From Camelus ferus (taxonomy: Eukaryota): a stretch of DNA of 64,000 nt. The position numbers and the translations under genes are program-made. The notes under the pieces were generated by a model. That model searched no databases, had not been told where the DNA came from, and saw only the letters and a list, made by a program, of their open reading frames with translations. This document shows positions 25,031-37,810 of this stretch, piece after piece. Position 1 is the first letter of the stretch. Every line of letters begins with the position of its first letter. The stretch is taken from NCBI RefSeq assembly GCF_009834535.1, contig NC_045697.1, positions 92,382,001 through 92,446,000 of the forward strand, written 5' to 3'.

Positions 25031-28000
25031 GAACAGGTAAGATCCAAAAATACTTTTAATAATAGACACACACAGGCAAATCAACAGAAACACAATGTGC
25101 CTATTGTTTTGATGAGTATCCACCTAATTATTAGCCTTATATATATTTTCACTAAGCAACATATATGGGGATGACGTCTAACAATAAAATAATAATAAAA
25201 ATAAAGATGATAATACTGAAGTCGTAGTAGGTAATAGTTACTGTGTTACTCTGTGCAAGACTATACACTTCTTTATATGTTTCATCTCCCATGATAGATT
25301 ACAGACCCAACTCAGATTCTGTGGCTGTATTCTCAACCACTGCTCATTAGTTATAGAAGTGGAAAGACCCATTGCCTTTAAGTTATCAATTTTCAAAACT
25401 TGCCAAAAGCTAGGTAAAACATTTCCAGTATGAGTAGTTAAAATAACATTTCACGATCTTCCGTTTTTCTCCTGGGGTCTGTATGTTTCTAATTTGAGAA
25501 TTTGCCCCCTCCCCCAAAAGTATCTTTACAGAGTACCATAATGTAGAGATCCTTTGATATAAGAATCTTTATGCTTGATTTTTGTCCACACTTCACTGGC
25601 AATTTTAATTGCTACCTGTATTTATGCACATACAGATATACCAACTCTGCTTTGACAACTGCAGAATTCATTGCATCTATTGTATGAGAATATATAAGTT
25701 TGTGTGAGGTGTGAATTAGAAAAGATATAATGAAAATATACACTTCACTTCATTAGTTTCCGTGACATTAGAAAAGTCCAGCATGTATTTTAAATATCTA
25801 CCCTAAGGTTTTAATAAACTTAACTTGCCCAGCAGCTGTGCCGGCATGTCTAATGTGGCTATTTGTTCCTGCAGCACAATATCTTTCACGTAGAGATGCA
25901 AATAAAAAGAGAGAAGAAGCTTGGAAAATGTATAGGTGCATTTCACAGGCATATTTCACAAATTATTTTTTACTTTCCTGCAGTTATAGCTTAATTGGGT
26001 AATCATTCCATTCTTTGTAAGTGCACACATTTTTTTGTTGTATTCTTTTGTGACCAGTAATTATTCTTTTATTTATAAATAAACACGAATATGCTAAGAC
26101 AATAAAATAAAATATTGGAGTGGGAGAAAAAAGTGATGAGGAATAAAGGATGCTGTACCATATTGATACTTTCCATTTTTTGAATCACCATTTATTTTTA
26201 GAAGAGACTGAAAATAAGAGCTCTTAAAATATTTAGGCTTGTAAGTGTTTATGAGTAGAAACCATTTCAAAAGTAGAATTTAAAAGGGGAGATATTGATT
26301 TTTTTGTTTTGTTTTCTGAGATAGGAATCTTTTTATTCTTTAAATAAATGTGTCTGTAATTATACTAATCCAGATATGAATTCTCTTTTCTGATGGATTT
26401 ACATGCCGGGGAGATGGAAGTAAAATCTTAAAACAGGACTTAACAAAAAAAGGTGAAAAGAAGGGGAAAAGAAAGACAGGAAGGGAAGAGATACTATGAA
26501 GTTTTATAAGGAAAACACACCTCATTCATTTATATATATCTACAAAGAGTACATATATTTGGTAGAAACCAAAGCAAGGGGAAATAGGCTCCTTGTATGC
26601 TTTAAAAATGGTAACAGGATGCATAAAACTCAATTCTGTAACTATGAAAATCCTACCAAATTTGTAATAAAGCTAGCTCAGATAGAGATTCAACAAGTTT
26701 AAGAAGGGAGGAAAAAAGGAAAATAAGAAAGTAACAGAAAATCAGAGAAAGTGCAACCAACATACACACATAGAAAGTGAGAGCAAGAGAACCACTAAGG
26801 CTGGGGCAGAAGTAAAGAGCTGCAGACATTATAAGAGATAGATATCCTTGGGAAAACAGAGACATAAAATATTAGCCTTGAAAGCACACGTGCATCTCTT
26901 CTAAATGTATTGTGTTTCATGATATATTCATCTGAGCATTATTTTTCACATAATAGGCTTGGTATCAACTGTTTTAGTGGGTTATTGTGAGAATTAAGTG
27001 GTATAATGATCTGAAGATGCCCAGGACAGAGAATATTTTAAAGATGCACTATAAAATTATGTCATTGATGAACACAAATGGAAAAATAATAACTAAAGCC
27101 TTATTTAGAGAAAAGATCAGAAAGAAGAAAAATAAAAGATGAAGACATCAAAAATTAGAAAGTTAGATATATACATAAAGAGGAACACAAAGTCAATTTT
27201 AACTCAAGGGATACATTCTTGAAATCACAGAAAATCATCAGCATTTCACTTTATAGATGCTATTTCAGAAAGCGCAAATTATCCTTACTGAATTTCGGGG
27301 ATACACAATCTTATAATGTGTGTTAAAGCACTGAAAGGCCAAGATTAAAGTCATTTTCATTTTATTCTCTTTATTTGAAGGAAATAGAGTCCCTCAGAAC
27401 AAAAAAGAAAGTCAGCTTTGTAAGAACTTACCAGTAAAATTACTGTTCTCACACCTGTGACCTGGAGTAGTAGAACATTTAGGAAATTGATCTTTTACTT
27501 CTTGACAGTGGAAAAACACTAACATCCTTTGTTCTGAGAGGTCAAACATGGTGGTTTATGTTTTCCCCTAAAATGAAAATAATGTTTTCTCTTTTAAAGA
27601 GAAGTCTTTAAGATGTTTCCAACAAAGACCTTTAAAGTCATTTTTCATTTGCACAATTATAAATTGAGATCTTATTTTTAATTTTTGTCCTACAAATTGG
27701 ACTAAACTAAGAAGGGAGTTGAATTGAGTCCAGCATTCATAAACTCTCCTCTATTCATTTTAAATGGTTGAAATGTTAATATTTTTTGAAATATTTGATT
27801 TGTGTTTTGAATTTATCATTAGTTCAGATATAACCTCCAAATTTCAGGTAAGAAACTACTATATAAATGAATAAATTAAAGCAAGAAAAATTCTTGAATA
27901 ATGTCATTTACTGAATTGATGATGAGTGAACTTGCTTTGATGATATCAATTTAAATATCAAATAAATGTGGAAGCATTGGCATTTTGACCCACAAAACAT

Positions 28001-28224
28001 TGAATTTAAATAGATGAGTGAACGTATAGAACCTAGTGAAGAATTTATTTCATTAAAGAAAGGTAATAATTTATTGAGGCATTTTGTTTAGCTATTAAGA
28101 TACAAGCTAGAATTTTGCTTTTATCAGAACATTTTTTCATGTAGTATAAAAGTGTTTGTTGAAAGGGAGAAGTAAGTATTTACCAGAGTTATTCTCACAG
28201 ATGATGCATGTATTAATTATCAAA

Positions 28225-29491
28225 CTGGGGTTTTATCTTATTCTTTTGTCTGGAAAATGTTCCTTTGTCTCCTCGTTTTGTCTAAGTTGCTATTTGTATT
28301 TTTAAGTATGAAATAGGTTGGTTACGTTTCTTGACCTTGGAGAAGTGGTCTTCTGTAGGAGACATCTTATGTATCCCAGCATATTCCCCTCTCATCACCC
28401 AAGCTATATACTCTAGAGTTTCCCCCTAAGAGGTTTGTGGTGGGTCTTTCTGTCATGGAGGGCTGATTTTGTGGCCCCCCAGCCCAGTTGGTTGCCAGGT
28501 CTTGCCTTGTGCAGTTGCTGCTGGCTGCTGGTTAGTGGTGCCTGGCCCCTCGGCAGCTGGCTGCAGAACCCCAGGGGACCCCAGGGCTAGTGCTGACTCA
28601 CCAGTGGGTGAATTCAGGGTCCAGAAGACTCCAGAGCTGTTGCCTGCCCACTGCTGCGTGGAGCTGGGTCTTGGCCATCTGGTGGGAGGGACTGTGTCTA
28701 GTGGCATATCTAGAGGCAGCTGTGGGCTCAGGAAGACTTTAGGTAGTCTGTTTGCTGATAAATGGGGCTGTGTTCCTGCCTAGTTAGTTGTTTGACTTGA
28801 GGTGTCCCAGCACTGTCGCTTACAGGCTATTGGGTAGCACCAGGTCTTGACACTAATGAGCTAGAGGAAGGGTCCCTGGACGTTGCCTGACTGCACCAGT
28901 ATTCACGTGGTAGAACGAGATCCCAAATATGGTTGCTGCCAGTGTCTGTGTCTCCAGGGTGAGCCAGAGCCACCCCTGCCTCTCCAGAAGACCCTCCAAG
29001 ACTGGCAGGTAAGTCTGGCCCAGGTTCCTATCAAATTATTGCTTTTTCTCTGGGTTCTGGTGCATGGGAGATTTTGTGAGCCCTTTAAGAGTGCAGTTGC
29101 TATTTCCCCTAGTCCTGTGGGGCTCCCAAAATCATGCCCTGCTGGCCTTCAAACCCAAATGTGCTTGGGGCTCATCTTCCCAGTGCAAGACCCATGAGCT
29201 GGGGAACCCAATGTGAGCCTCAGAACTCACTCCTGAGGGAGAACCTCTGCAATATAATTATTCTCCCAGTTTGTGGGTTGCCCAGCCTAGAATATGGGAC
29301 TTGATTATATTGTGAGTCTGCCCCTCTTACCTGTCTCGTGGTTTCTTCTTTGTGTTTTTAGTTGTGGATCTTCTCTGGTTGGTTCTGATCTTTTTCATCA
29401 ATGATTGTTTTGCAGATAGTTGTGATTTTGGTGTGTTTATGAGAGGAGGTGAACTCAGGAACTTTTTATTCCATCATCTCAGCCAATCCTC
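28225..29491 (-). mobile_element. L1 5' UTR plus start of ORF1 only (cetartiodactyl-type), 3'-truncated
   Basis: Minus strand begins 'gaggattggctgagatgatgga...gagttcacctcctctc...aaaatcacaacta', continues through a GC-rich UTR, and ends in a decayed ORF1 N-terminus (RRQRNIFQTKE*DKTP). Flanked by taattatcaaa (28214-28224) and taattatccaa (29492-29502). Confidence 0.8.
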
Positions 29492-29904
29492 TAATTATCC
29501 AATCTAAATGACGTGGATAATTCATTTCACTTTTCTATTCAATTTGCATAGATTTCAAAATGCCTCAGTTGTACTGGGTTTTTGGCAATTATCACCTTAT
29601 CATTAATTATTTCCTAAAAGGTGCATTTTATTTTCATGTAAGTTGGCTGCATATAAACATTCAAAATAGCCGAACTATTGTAACTAATGTCTGCATAGTG
29701 CTTCTGTGGTTTCAGATTGCTTTCACATACATTATTTATTTGCACTTCTCAACAAACTTATGATATAGATATTAATAGCCCTTTTTGTGATAAAACTTTG
29801 TGTCAGAGTAACTTTAAGGGACTTTCTCATAGACTAAATGAAGGGACAAGGACTTATTTCCAGTCATGATTTTAAATCCTGTATTATTTATGCTATACTA
29901 TGCT

Positions 29905-30066
29905 ATTTGATGTAGTGATTTAGATCATTGATTCTGGCACCTTACTGCTTGGCTTAAGATTCTTCCTTCATTTACCAGCTGTTGACATGGTGCGAATTAA
30001 TTAATACCTGTGAGTCTTAGTTTCCTTATTTGTAACATAAAACTTAACAATAATAAAATATCCCTA
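29905..30066 (+). mobile_element. MIR SINE, first part (continues at 31060-31083 and 31689-31780)
   Basis: 'tttaccagctgttgacatgg...gtcttagtttccttatttgtaacat'. The collinear MIR tail resumes after each inserted element. Confidence 0.7.
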
Positions 30067-31059
30067 CAAGGCTAACTCTGTAATTTGCATGATCCATTGC
30101 AAAAAGAGGCCTGTCTTCAAGAAGCAGGAAAAAAAAATATCTATTAAAGGCACTAAAATATAATGCTTTTCCCTTTTATAGTCTCATGATGATTTTTTTG
30201 TTTCTCATTTTATCATTTAAAGAAGAAATATTAAAAATTTAAATTATTAGCACAAATTATACCATTCATCTTTATATAATGCAATGTCAGTTTAAAATAA
30301 GAACATGAGGACATTTAGCCTGTATATGAAATCGCTGATATTTCACAGTTCTTATTTCATAGCTCATATATGCATATCTATTTTGCTTTTACCTGTGGAA
30401 TGGGAATACTTCACGAAATAAACTCACCTATTTTTATTTCACTTATTGAAATGTACACATTCTACCAGTAGTCTCTAGCTATAGCTTGCTGATGAGTAAG
30501 GAAGGACAAACTTTGGAAATTGGTTTACCCTATTTTTCTCTTCCTTTCTATGTTATTCTTTTAGCATAAATGGTTGAATACAGGGAAATGACATGAAAGG
30601 AAGGACATGAGAGGGTTCTTTGGTTGTTCATGTTTCTTGGAATGCTGTTGCTTTCTTTCCGTGCTCATAGTAAGTTCTGATCTGAAGAGAATGAATGGCA
30701 TCTAGGAGCTATCAGCACCTTTGTTCAACTCAGTGACTGATATAACATGTTTAAACTTGTCTTGCTTTGAGTCTCCCTGACCTCCCATGCCATTGTGGGT
30801 CCCCTGAAATTTTATACACTTGGGGCATTGTGAATGGTGTATGCAAATAAGGTAGTGAGGAATGGGGATTGTATATTTCATGTAGCTCCTCAGCTTTTGT
30901 GCATGCTTCATTGTCCCATCAGACTTAATTTAAAAACATGTATTCATTGATATAGTTATTTAGACTATCAAAATGATGACTGCAGATCATTAAACAGGCC
31001 CTTCTGAGCATGAAGCTTTTTACAAATGCACAGGTCTCACATCCCTGAAGCTTGCCCTG
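30067..31059 (-). mobile_element. Near full-length MER45B hAT-Tip100 DNA transposon
   Basis: Terminal inverted repeats caaggc/gccctg. Internal matches 'gcccttctgagc', 'cattgtcccatcagactt', 'tgctgatgagtaaggaaggac', 'accattcatctttatat'. Confidence 0.85.
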
Positions 31060-31083
31060 TTGTCCTTGAAGGGTTATTGGAAG

Positions 31084-31684
31084 TGTTACCAGGAGGAGGG
31101 AAGTAAGAATTAGCTTAGTTCTTAGTCACCTGAAAAAAAATTTTTTTTAACGAGAGACAGAAAGTGTGATATAAACAAGATTTTATTAGTAAAGTAAAAA
31201 GGTAGTAAAATATAGTACACTCCCAAGAATTGGGAGCAGGCTAATCCAAGAGGGGAAAAATGGCGCCACTCCTTTGTTTTTCCTGTTTTTATATCCTGGC
31301 TTAAGGGCGTTTTTCATGACTGATTGATTGATTTGTGGCTCAGGTTCTTTTGAATTCTCAGGCTGACTGATACCTTGTGCTCAGTTATGCTCATCCCTTT
31401 TGGGGCAGATTCTAACCCATGAAGCACACAGAGAAACCTACGGGAGGGGGCTAAAACTGTAACGTTAACTACATTATAATGAGCATTGGGTTAAGTTAAG
31501 CCAATCCTTCTCTCTATTGCACAGATGCAGCGTTGGATCCTAGCCAGCTTCTCTGCTGGCCCTCATTTAGAGAAAGCTTTTAGAGCCCCTTATCCTGAGT
31601 GCAGGCATAGCATTATTTTCTGGGTTGCTCCTTTCCCCTTTCTCTCCCCCTGCCCAGTGCTCATTTCTATCTAACTGCCTAACA
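31084..31684 (-). mobile_element. ERV1-type solo LTR (601 bp)
   Basis: TG...CA termini and a perfect 4-bp TSD GAAG (31080-31083 / 31685-31688). Minus-strand TATA (plus 'tttttatatcc') and AATAAA (plus 'ttttatt' near 31182). Confidence 0.9.
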
Positions 31685-32039
31685 GAAGGACTTCATTCAT
31701 AAGTTAATACATGTAGGTTACCTAGAAGAGTTCTTCATTCTTAGTCAACACATACCCAGTGTTAACCTACTATTACTAAGAGGTAATTATTAAACAGAGA
31801 TAGGCCATTACTTTATTATATCAAGTATACCTGAATAAAGTTAATAAATTTATATTAACTACAGGACTTCAGATGAGATGAGTGACCCCATATTGCACAT
31901 ACAATAAAAAACAATTCTGTGTAAAAGGTACAGGAACCGCTGAATCAGAAATCCATTTAAGATTCAACTGCACATGTTTGATAACACTGCAAGAACAGCT
32001 GATCCTCTTTTAAGAAAACATTCTGGATTATAGTAAAAT

Positions 32040-32213
32040 AATCTAGCGTGGAGCTTGAAAGCACATGCTTAAGAGTCAGACAAACCTGTGTTCTTAACTT
32101 GAATCATTTTGGTTTTAGCTTGTGTATTCTTGGATCTCAGTTTCATCAATTGTAAAACGCTAATAACAAATATACCTAAGATTTGTTTTGAGAATTAAAT
32201 CAGGTAATACATA
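32040..32213 (+). mobile_element. MIR SINE interrupted by an LTR
   Basis: 'agagtcagacaaacctgtgttc...ctcagtttcatcaattgtaaaac...gagaattaaatcaggtaatac'. Resumes near 32696. Confidence 0.7.
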
Positions 32214-32695
32214 TGATAACAAATTGAAAATATAATGAAGTAATCACAATTTGGGCATACAAAGATGGAGTCAGGCGGCCATTGAGGATCTGGTTTCAGA
32301 TAGGTCTCTACTCCACTGAGAACCTGAACTTTCTTTGAACTGCATCAGGCCTAAGGACACCCCCAGCCATATTTGGAACATCACCTGCCAGCTGCAGCAT
32401 TACGATCTCAGTCTCTCCTTGTAACTGTGCAACCATTTCAGACTCCAACCAATCCTTGCTTAACAAGCACCCTTACTTCTCACTAGCTCCAGTTATAATT
32501 CTTGATAAACAACTCAGGTAACTAACTGCAACCTTCGTGGTTTTTGCCTTTATAGACCTCCTTCATGTTGTAGTCTGGTGGAACACAATTCAAGTGCTTC
32601 TTGACTCTCTGTCTCCTGGGCTGCAATCCTAAAAAAACCCAAATAAATGCCTCCATATTTCAATCAGGTATCCATTTCTCAGATTTTGCTTAATG
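32214..32695 (+). mobile_element. ERV1-type solo LTR
   Basis: 'aagatggagtc' U3 motif, 'aaccaatc', 'tttatag', 'tctcctgggctgcaatcct...ccaaataaa'. Approximate TSD cata/catg. Confidence 0.75.
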
Positions 32696-33734
32696 CATGT
32701 AAACCATTTATTTAATTGCTCATATTGTCATTGTCCTCCTCCTCCTCCTCATTGTTATATGTAAAATCCAATCATTTAATTAGCATCTACACATAAAAGG
32801 TACTGAGTGAAGGGATAGGGCAATTAAAAATAAACATTCAGGGATATGAATTTATCATTTATTTCTATATTTGGTTCAAAAATTTACTAGCTATAGAAAG
32901 ACAAGCAAAAATGCAACTGTATTGTTTCCCATATTCCTAAGCCTGCACATTCTCTTTCTCAGCAGGGCACTCTGTGCCCACACAGAGTTTCTGGCTTTGT
33001 CACTGAGCACAGCCAATTCAGTGCCATTGTAATGCGAAGTTTTATCCTGCTCTAAAGACTTCTCCAATGAGTGATAAAGGTAATCATGTTTCAGAGGTTA
33101 TATGAAGTTCAACTAAAAAATAAAAACTTTGAATTCACATCTCTTTTGGAATCTAAATTCATTGATAATACTTCAGTATTCCTCCAAAAGAGAGAGAAAA
33201 CAGCATTAAACTATTTAAATGATTTGTATTTTGCTTATTCTCAAAATTCTTTTGTGGGGTTTTGTGTATAATGCCTTGTTCTCATTTCCTTTTATTCACC
33301 AGTAATGCATACCTGTTTCCCTTCTTCAAATCTAGATCTGTATTTTGGTATTCTACTCGGGAATCTTCCATTTCATCTGATTTTCTCAACCTTTCACTCA
33401 ATCAAGTAACGTTCTCATTTTGAAATGCTAATGTTCGGCTTTATAGAAGTTAGTTGAGAACTGTGACAATTCCATTTAGGCTATGGTATATATTTTAGTT
33501 TTGTTTTTAAAGGTCTCTCACCTTACAGCTGATACAGAAACATACACACAATAGTTTAGAATTACTTAATTTTTTTCTTTTTTGTGTGTTTTATATTGGT
33601 CATCAATGATTTAGAGCCTTTTCCCTTAAATTCCATCAACCCTTATGTACAATGATGTAACTATCCCCAAATAAGTATCAGTTAAATCAGTCAAGTAATA
33701 AATATTTTAAGTAGTTGATATTTTAACAAATAAT

Positions 33735-34102
33735 TGTTGAAATAGCTTTCTAGGCTCAAAATGAAGCTGCTTCTGCCCAAGTGCCATGTCAGCCATCCGA
33801 AACTGAGGTAACTTTCATGTCCCTGTAAATGTCATGTTTGACCAGAAGGTGTATCCAGTCAGCCAGTCATAAACACCAAGCCAGCTCTGCGCCTTCTCAC
33901 CCCAGAGTTGACTGTGTAGCCCCAGCCAATCAGATATCTTCTATTTTTCTTTTCCTTGTCCTTTATTCTTAATCCTATAAAAGCTGTCTATCTTCTGCTG
34001 CATTTTGCAGTTCTCTGAATGGAGAGTGTCCACTTCATAAAGTGTTAAATGAAGCTTGTATACCTAAATTGTTTTCTTTAATCATTTTTAATAATTTTAA
34101 CA
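33735..34102 (+). mobile_element. ERV1-type solo LTR (MER34/39-like)
   Basis: tgttgaaa...ttttaaca termini, 'tcaaaatgaagctgc', CCAAT 'agccaatcag', TATA 'cctataaaag'. TSD not preserved. Confidence 0.7.
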
Positions 34103-35729
34103 TTTATAAACCTATGAAATGTTTAGTCAGTTATAGGTTTATGTCTAGTTATTTGTTTCTTCTTAAGAAGAGGTTAGAATATTTAAGAGCACCAGTCTTT
34201 TACTATATCATGGTAGCATTAAGAACATTTTAATAGAGAAGAGTATCCATCATTCTGTCAGAACTTACTTTGTTTACTTACTTCAGCTTTTCATTCTAGA
34301 ACACCTTTATGTCAAGTATTTTAGTAGAAACTGAGTGTTCAGTAGTGAACAAATCGAAAATGAAGATGTTTCTTCCTTTATATGAAATCATTTGTTTGTT
34401 TTATAATCATCCTTAGGTTATTTGAGTTAATTCATTATAAGCCCTTTTGTTCAACATTAATCATATCAATTATCTGGAAATTTGTACATAAAGTTTTTTT
34501 GGTAATTCATTTCAACCATAGAACACATAGGACGAAAGGTTCCAAATCCTTATCTCAGGACTGGCACTAAAACTACACTTTAGAAATCAGTAGCAAAAGA
34601 AAGAACGAAAAAAAAAAAAAAAAAGAACAACATTGCACAACAAAATTTATTCAGTATAAATTTCTTGCTACTAATTGTGCGACTGGTTATTTAACACTTT
34701 TTTGTTAAAATGTCCTTTCTTTTATGGAATGAATAGTGATATACATAGTAAATTTGCATATGTATAAATTAAACATACTGGCTACTCCATTAAGAAAAAT
34801 AATTTTCCTTGAAATTCAAAGCAAATAGGCAGTATAGTAGTTACTTAACTAAGGTAAGGTAGACATAAATTTATTCCTTGAATAATTAGCCTCTATTTTA
34901 TAGGTATGTTTTATATCATTAGTACCATAGACATAAAGTTAAGGACAAGTAAAGTCTTTTGAAGTCCTAGCTCAAATTAATGTTAAAACCCTAATAGGCA
35001 AGTTAGTTCTACTGATACATACACCCAAGCCAACATTCTTTTAAAATAAGGATAAGATAGTAGGAGACCAGTTGTATTTAATTAGGCATATGGCCTTAAT
35101 GGTTTATTTGGGAGTTTGATTCCTGAAATGTTTGGTTGGCACAAAAAGACATGGGATAAAGCCAAACCCTTTTCATACATATGAAAAGTGCCACATTCAT
35201 GATCTCTACACCGTCTGTCGGATATTACTGAGATGGAAAATAGAGCAAGGTTAAATGTTTTTCTCTCAAATTGAAAAAACATTAAGCTAAACAAAAGTTC
35301 TAATTATCCCTGGAAACAACATCATTAGAACGCTTTATGCAAAAATACGAGATACTCTATTTAAAGTGAAATGTTGACATATATATCTCTGTGGAAGTTT
35401 ACCATGATGTCTGTAATGTATACCATTTTAGAAATTTGAACAGTCACCTAAAACTTTTTTTCTCATGTAAATATACTATATTTCAATATTTTTTGTGATT
35501 TCAGGCAGAATTTAGAGTGATCAGGATAGAGTATGAAGAGATACTTAACTTAGGAATCAGATTATAAATATTATAAATTTCATAAACAAGTCATATGAGA
35601 CTCCTTTTACCAATTAAAAAAAATTCAAATTCCTCAAAAACATTACTTGTTATTCTTTTCTCCTGTTCCAATGACTTTGATAAGGTATTATTTTATCAGT
35701 ATGACCCAAATTTTTATTTTAAGTCCATT

Positions 35730-36320
35730 TGCTCACCTCCCCTTACAAAATGCCTTATATACCATCAAACTGGCCCTAGTGTTGCTCCCAGAACATAGCT
35801 ACACATTTCCCGTTTGTACTTCTTTTCTCTCTAATTTTTTCAGGTATCATTTCAACAGGGTGGGAGGAATGGAATATAGTGGTCCTAGAGTGAGATTCCC
35901 TGAGTTTGAATCCTAGCTCTGTTACTTAACTGTGTGGGGTGTCAGAATCTGTCTGAGTCTCAGTATCTTCGTCCATAAATTATAATATGAAAGTTATAGT
36001 GAGGAATAAGTAAGATAATATAACTAAATCACACAAAGCAGCTCCTAGCACACAATAAGCATACCGACAGTTTAGCAGTTATTATCCATCTAGATCCTAC
36101 TTATCCATCAAGCCCCTTATGAACAGTGCTTTCCAATATCACCAACTTGATCATTCTTCCTTGTGTTCCAGGTGTCATCCAACTTTAGTTTTCCCTTGAT
36201 TCCAATATTCAACCTTTTATTATATTATTTCTGTCCTAGTCTTTTTTCCTTAATAGATTATAACTTCTTCAGCATAGGGTTTGTGTCATCTTTCTTTATA
36301 AAATTCTAAGACATATTCAC
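35730..36320 (+). mobile_element. L2 fragment with nested MIR (~35860-36085)
   Basis: MIR 'cctgagtttgaatcctagctctgttacttaactgtgtg...ctcagtatcttc'. L2 tail 'tagattataacttcttcagcatagggtttgtgtc'. Confidence 0.65.
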
Positions 36321-36585
36321 ATGAGAAATATATGGTAACATGAAAAATTGAAGGTCCAAAAGTTTGCAATGATAATATGTCATTGAAACCTGCAGTGGAA
36401 TGTAACCTATTATTTGCTCTAGTGCTAATATGTAATTATTCTCTTACTTTGGCATATGGCAGAGGGGGTGAATATCTTGTTAATTGTTTCTAAGATGTTG
36501 TAGCAAATTCATACAAATTTGCAAGGTTATAAACTGATGGTTCTGCGAGTGAAAGAAGTTTTGAAGATGGGACCAATGAAACAGT

Positions 36586-37010
36586 TGTGGACACTGCCAA
36601 CTATTCCACGATCAGGGCTGTGCACACGTATACTTCTTCTCCTTCTGTCCACAAAGTAGTGTTTCACTTCCCATTCATTGTGAAGTTAGGCATTGCCAGG
36701 TACCCTATTATGAACAATGAAATGTGAACAGATATGCTATGTCTCATGTCCTGGTGGAAGTTTTAAAAGCTGACAAGTTAACTCTTCATATATTTTCCCC
36801 CATCTCCTGCCGTCAAAAAAAATACTCACTTAGAGGAAGGCTTTGTGGTCCTTAGTCTCTGATTACTATGATAAGGATCTCTGTCTTTCTACCCCATGCA
36901 CCTCTATTAAAAATATCATATGAATGAAGAATAAATCTTTGCTTGATTTAGCCGTTGGTGTTCTTACATTTTGTGTTTCTGTAGCATAACCTAACTTACC
37001 CTGACTAATC
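36586..37010 (+). mobile_element. MLT1I/J-like MaLR LTR
   Basis: 'tgaagttaggcattgccagg...caatgaaatgtgaacagat...gaataaatctttg...tgtagcataacctaacttaccctgactaat'. Confidence 0.8.
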
Positions 37011-37629
37011 ATCAGCCTTCCTCAGATTTTAGGTAATTGCGGCAGCAGAGGTTGCTACTGCCCCAGTAATATTGCTCCTCCTGTTTTTGATACCACCACC
37101 ACCATCCACTTCTTCTGACATCTGTTATGAGAGTGCTTTCTGTGAGATAAGCATTAACTAGTTCTCTGAGACGAGTTTTCCCCAAATTCTACGAGATAAG
37201 TAATGTTATAAACAAATACTGCTCCCCTGCTCAGCACCAGCATGCTAGTTGAATGGGATTGTGATTGTCCTCCTGAAATTAGGAGAAAGGCTTGAGAGAA
37301 AAGCAGGGGGTTTCATGGCATGTAAATTAGTGGATGCTTATCTGAGAGAGGAGTATTGTTCAAAACCCCTCGTGGAAATTATTAGCACATATTAAAATTT
37401 TTGTCAGAGATAAAGAACCAGGAAATTAGAACACAGACACAATACAAACATTGCTTTATAGCAATGAAATGTGTATTACAGAGTTGTGGGCAGTCTGGTA
37501 CCTTATAAGACCACAAATGTATGAAAAATGTGCTGGCATCACAAATCAAGAGCATAAGTAAAAAAACCCTCAGAATCTGTTTGGCTCCTACGACTTTTTT
37601 TATTGTGAATTTTTATATCATTGTAGAAT

Positions 37630-37810
37630 AGAGATTTCATGAGTTTGAGAAGTGGAGTTTTGGGTTAATTCCTGGTTCTTCCCCTTGTTAGCTATGTGAT
37701 GGTGTGGTCTTTCCTTTCAAATGGTAGTTTCATCATCCATCAAATGGGTATAAAAATATTTATTTTGTAGGTTTGGGGGTGAAGGATAGAAGAAATAAAC
37801 TTAAGAAGAT
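37630..37810 (+). mobile_element. MIR SINE
   Basis: 'tgggttaattcctggttcttccccttgttagctatgtga...gtttcatcatccatcaaatgggtataa'. Confidence 0.7.

Noticed and set aside
27823..27853. Microexon ending CAG|gtaaga
   Set aside because: The donor is good but the pyrimidine tract is poor, and the possible lengths of 20 or 25 nt do not preserve frame.
28453..29197. GC-rich ORFs of 84-104 aa, or a CpG-island-like gene start
   Set aside because: They lie entirely within the L1 5' UTR.
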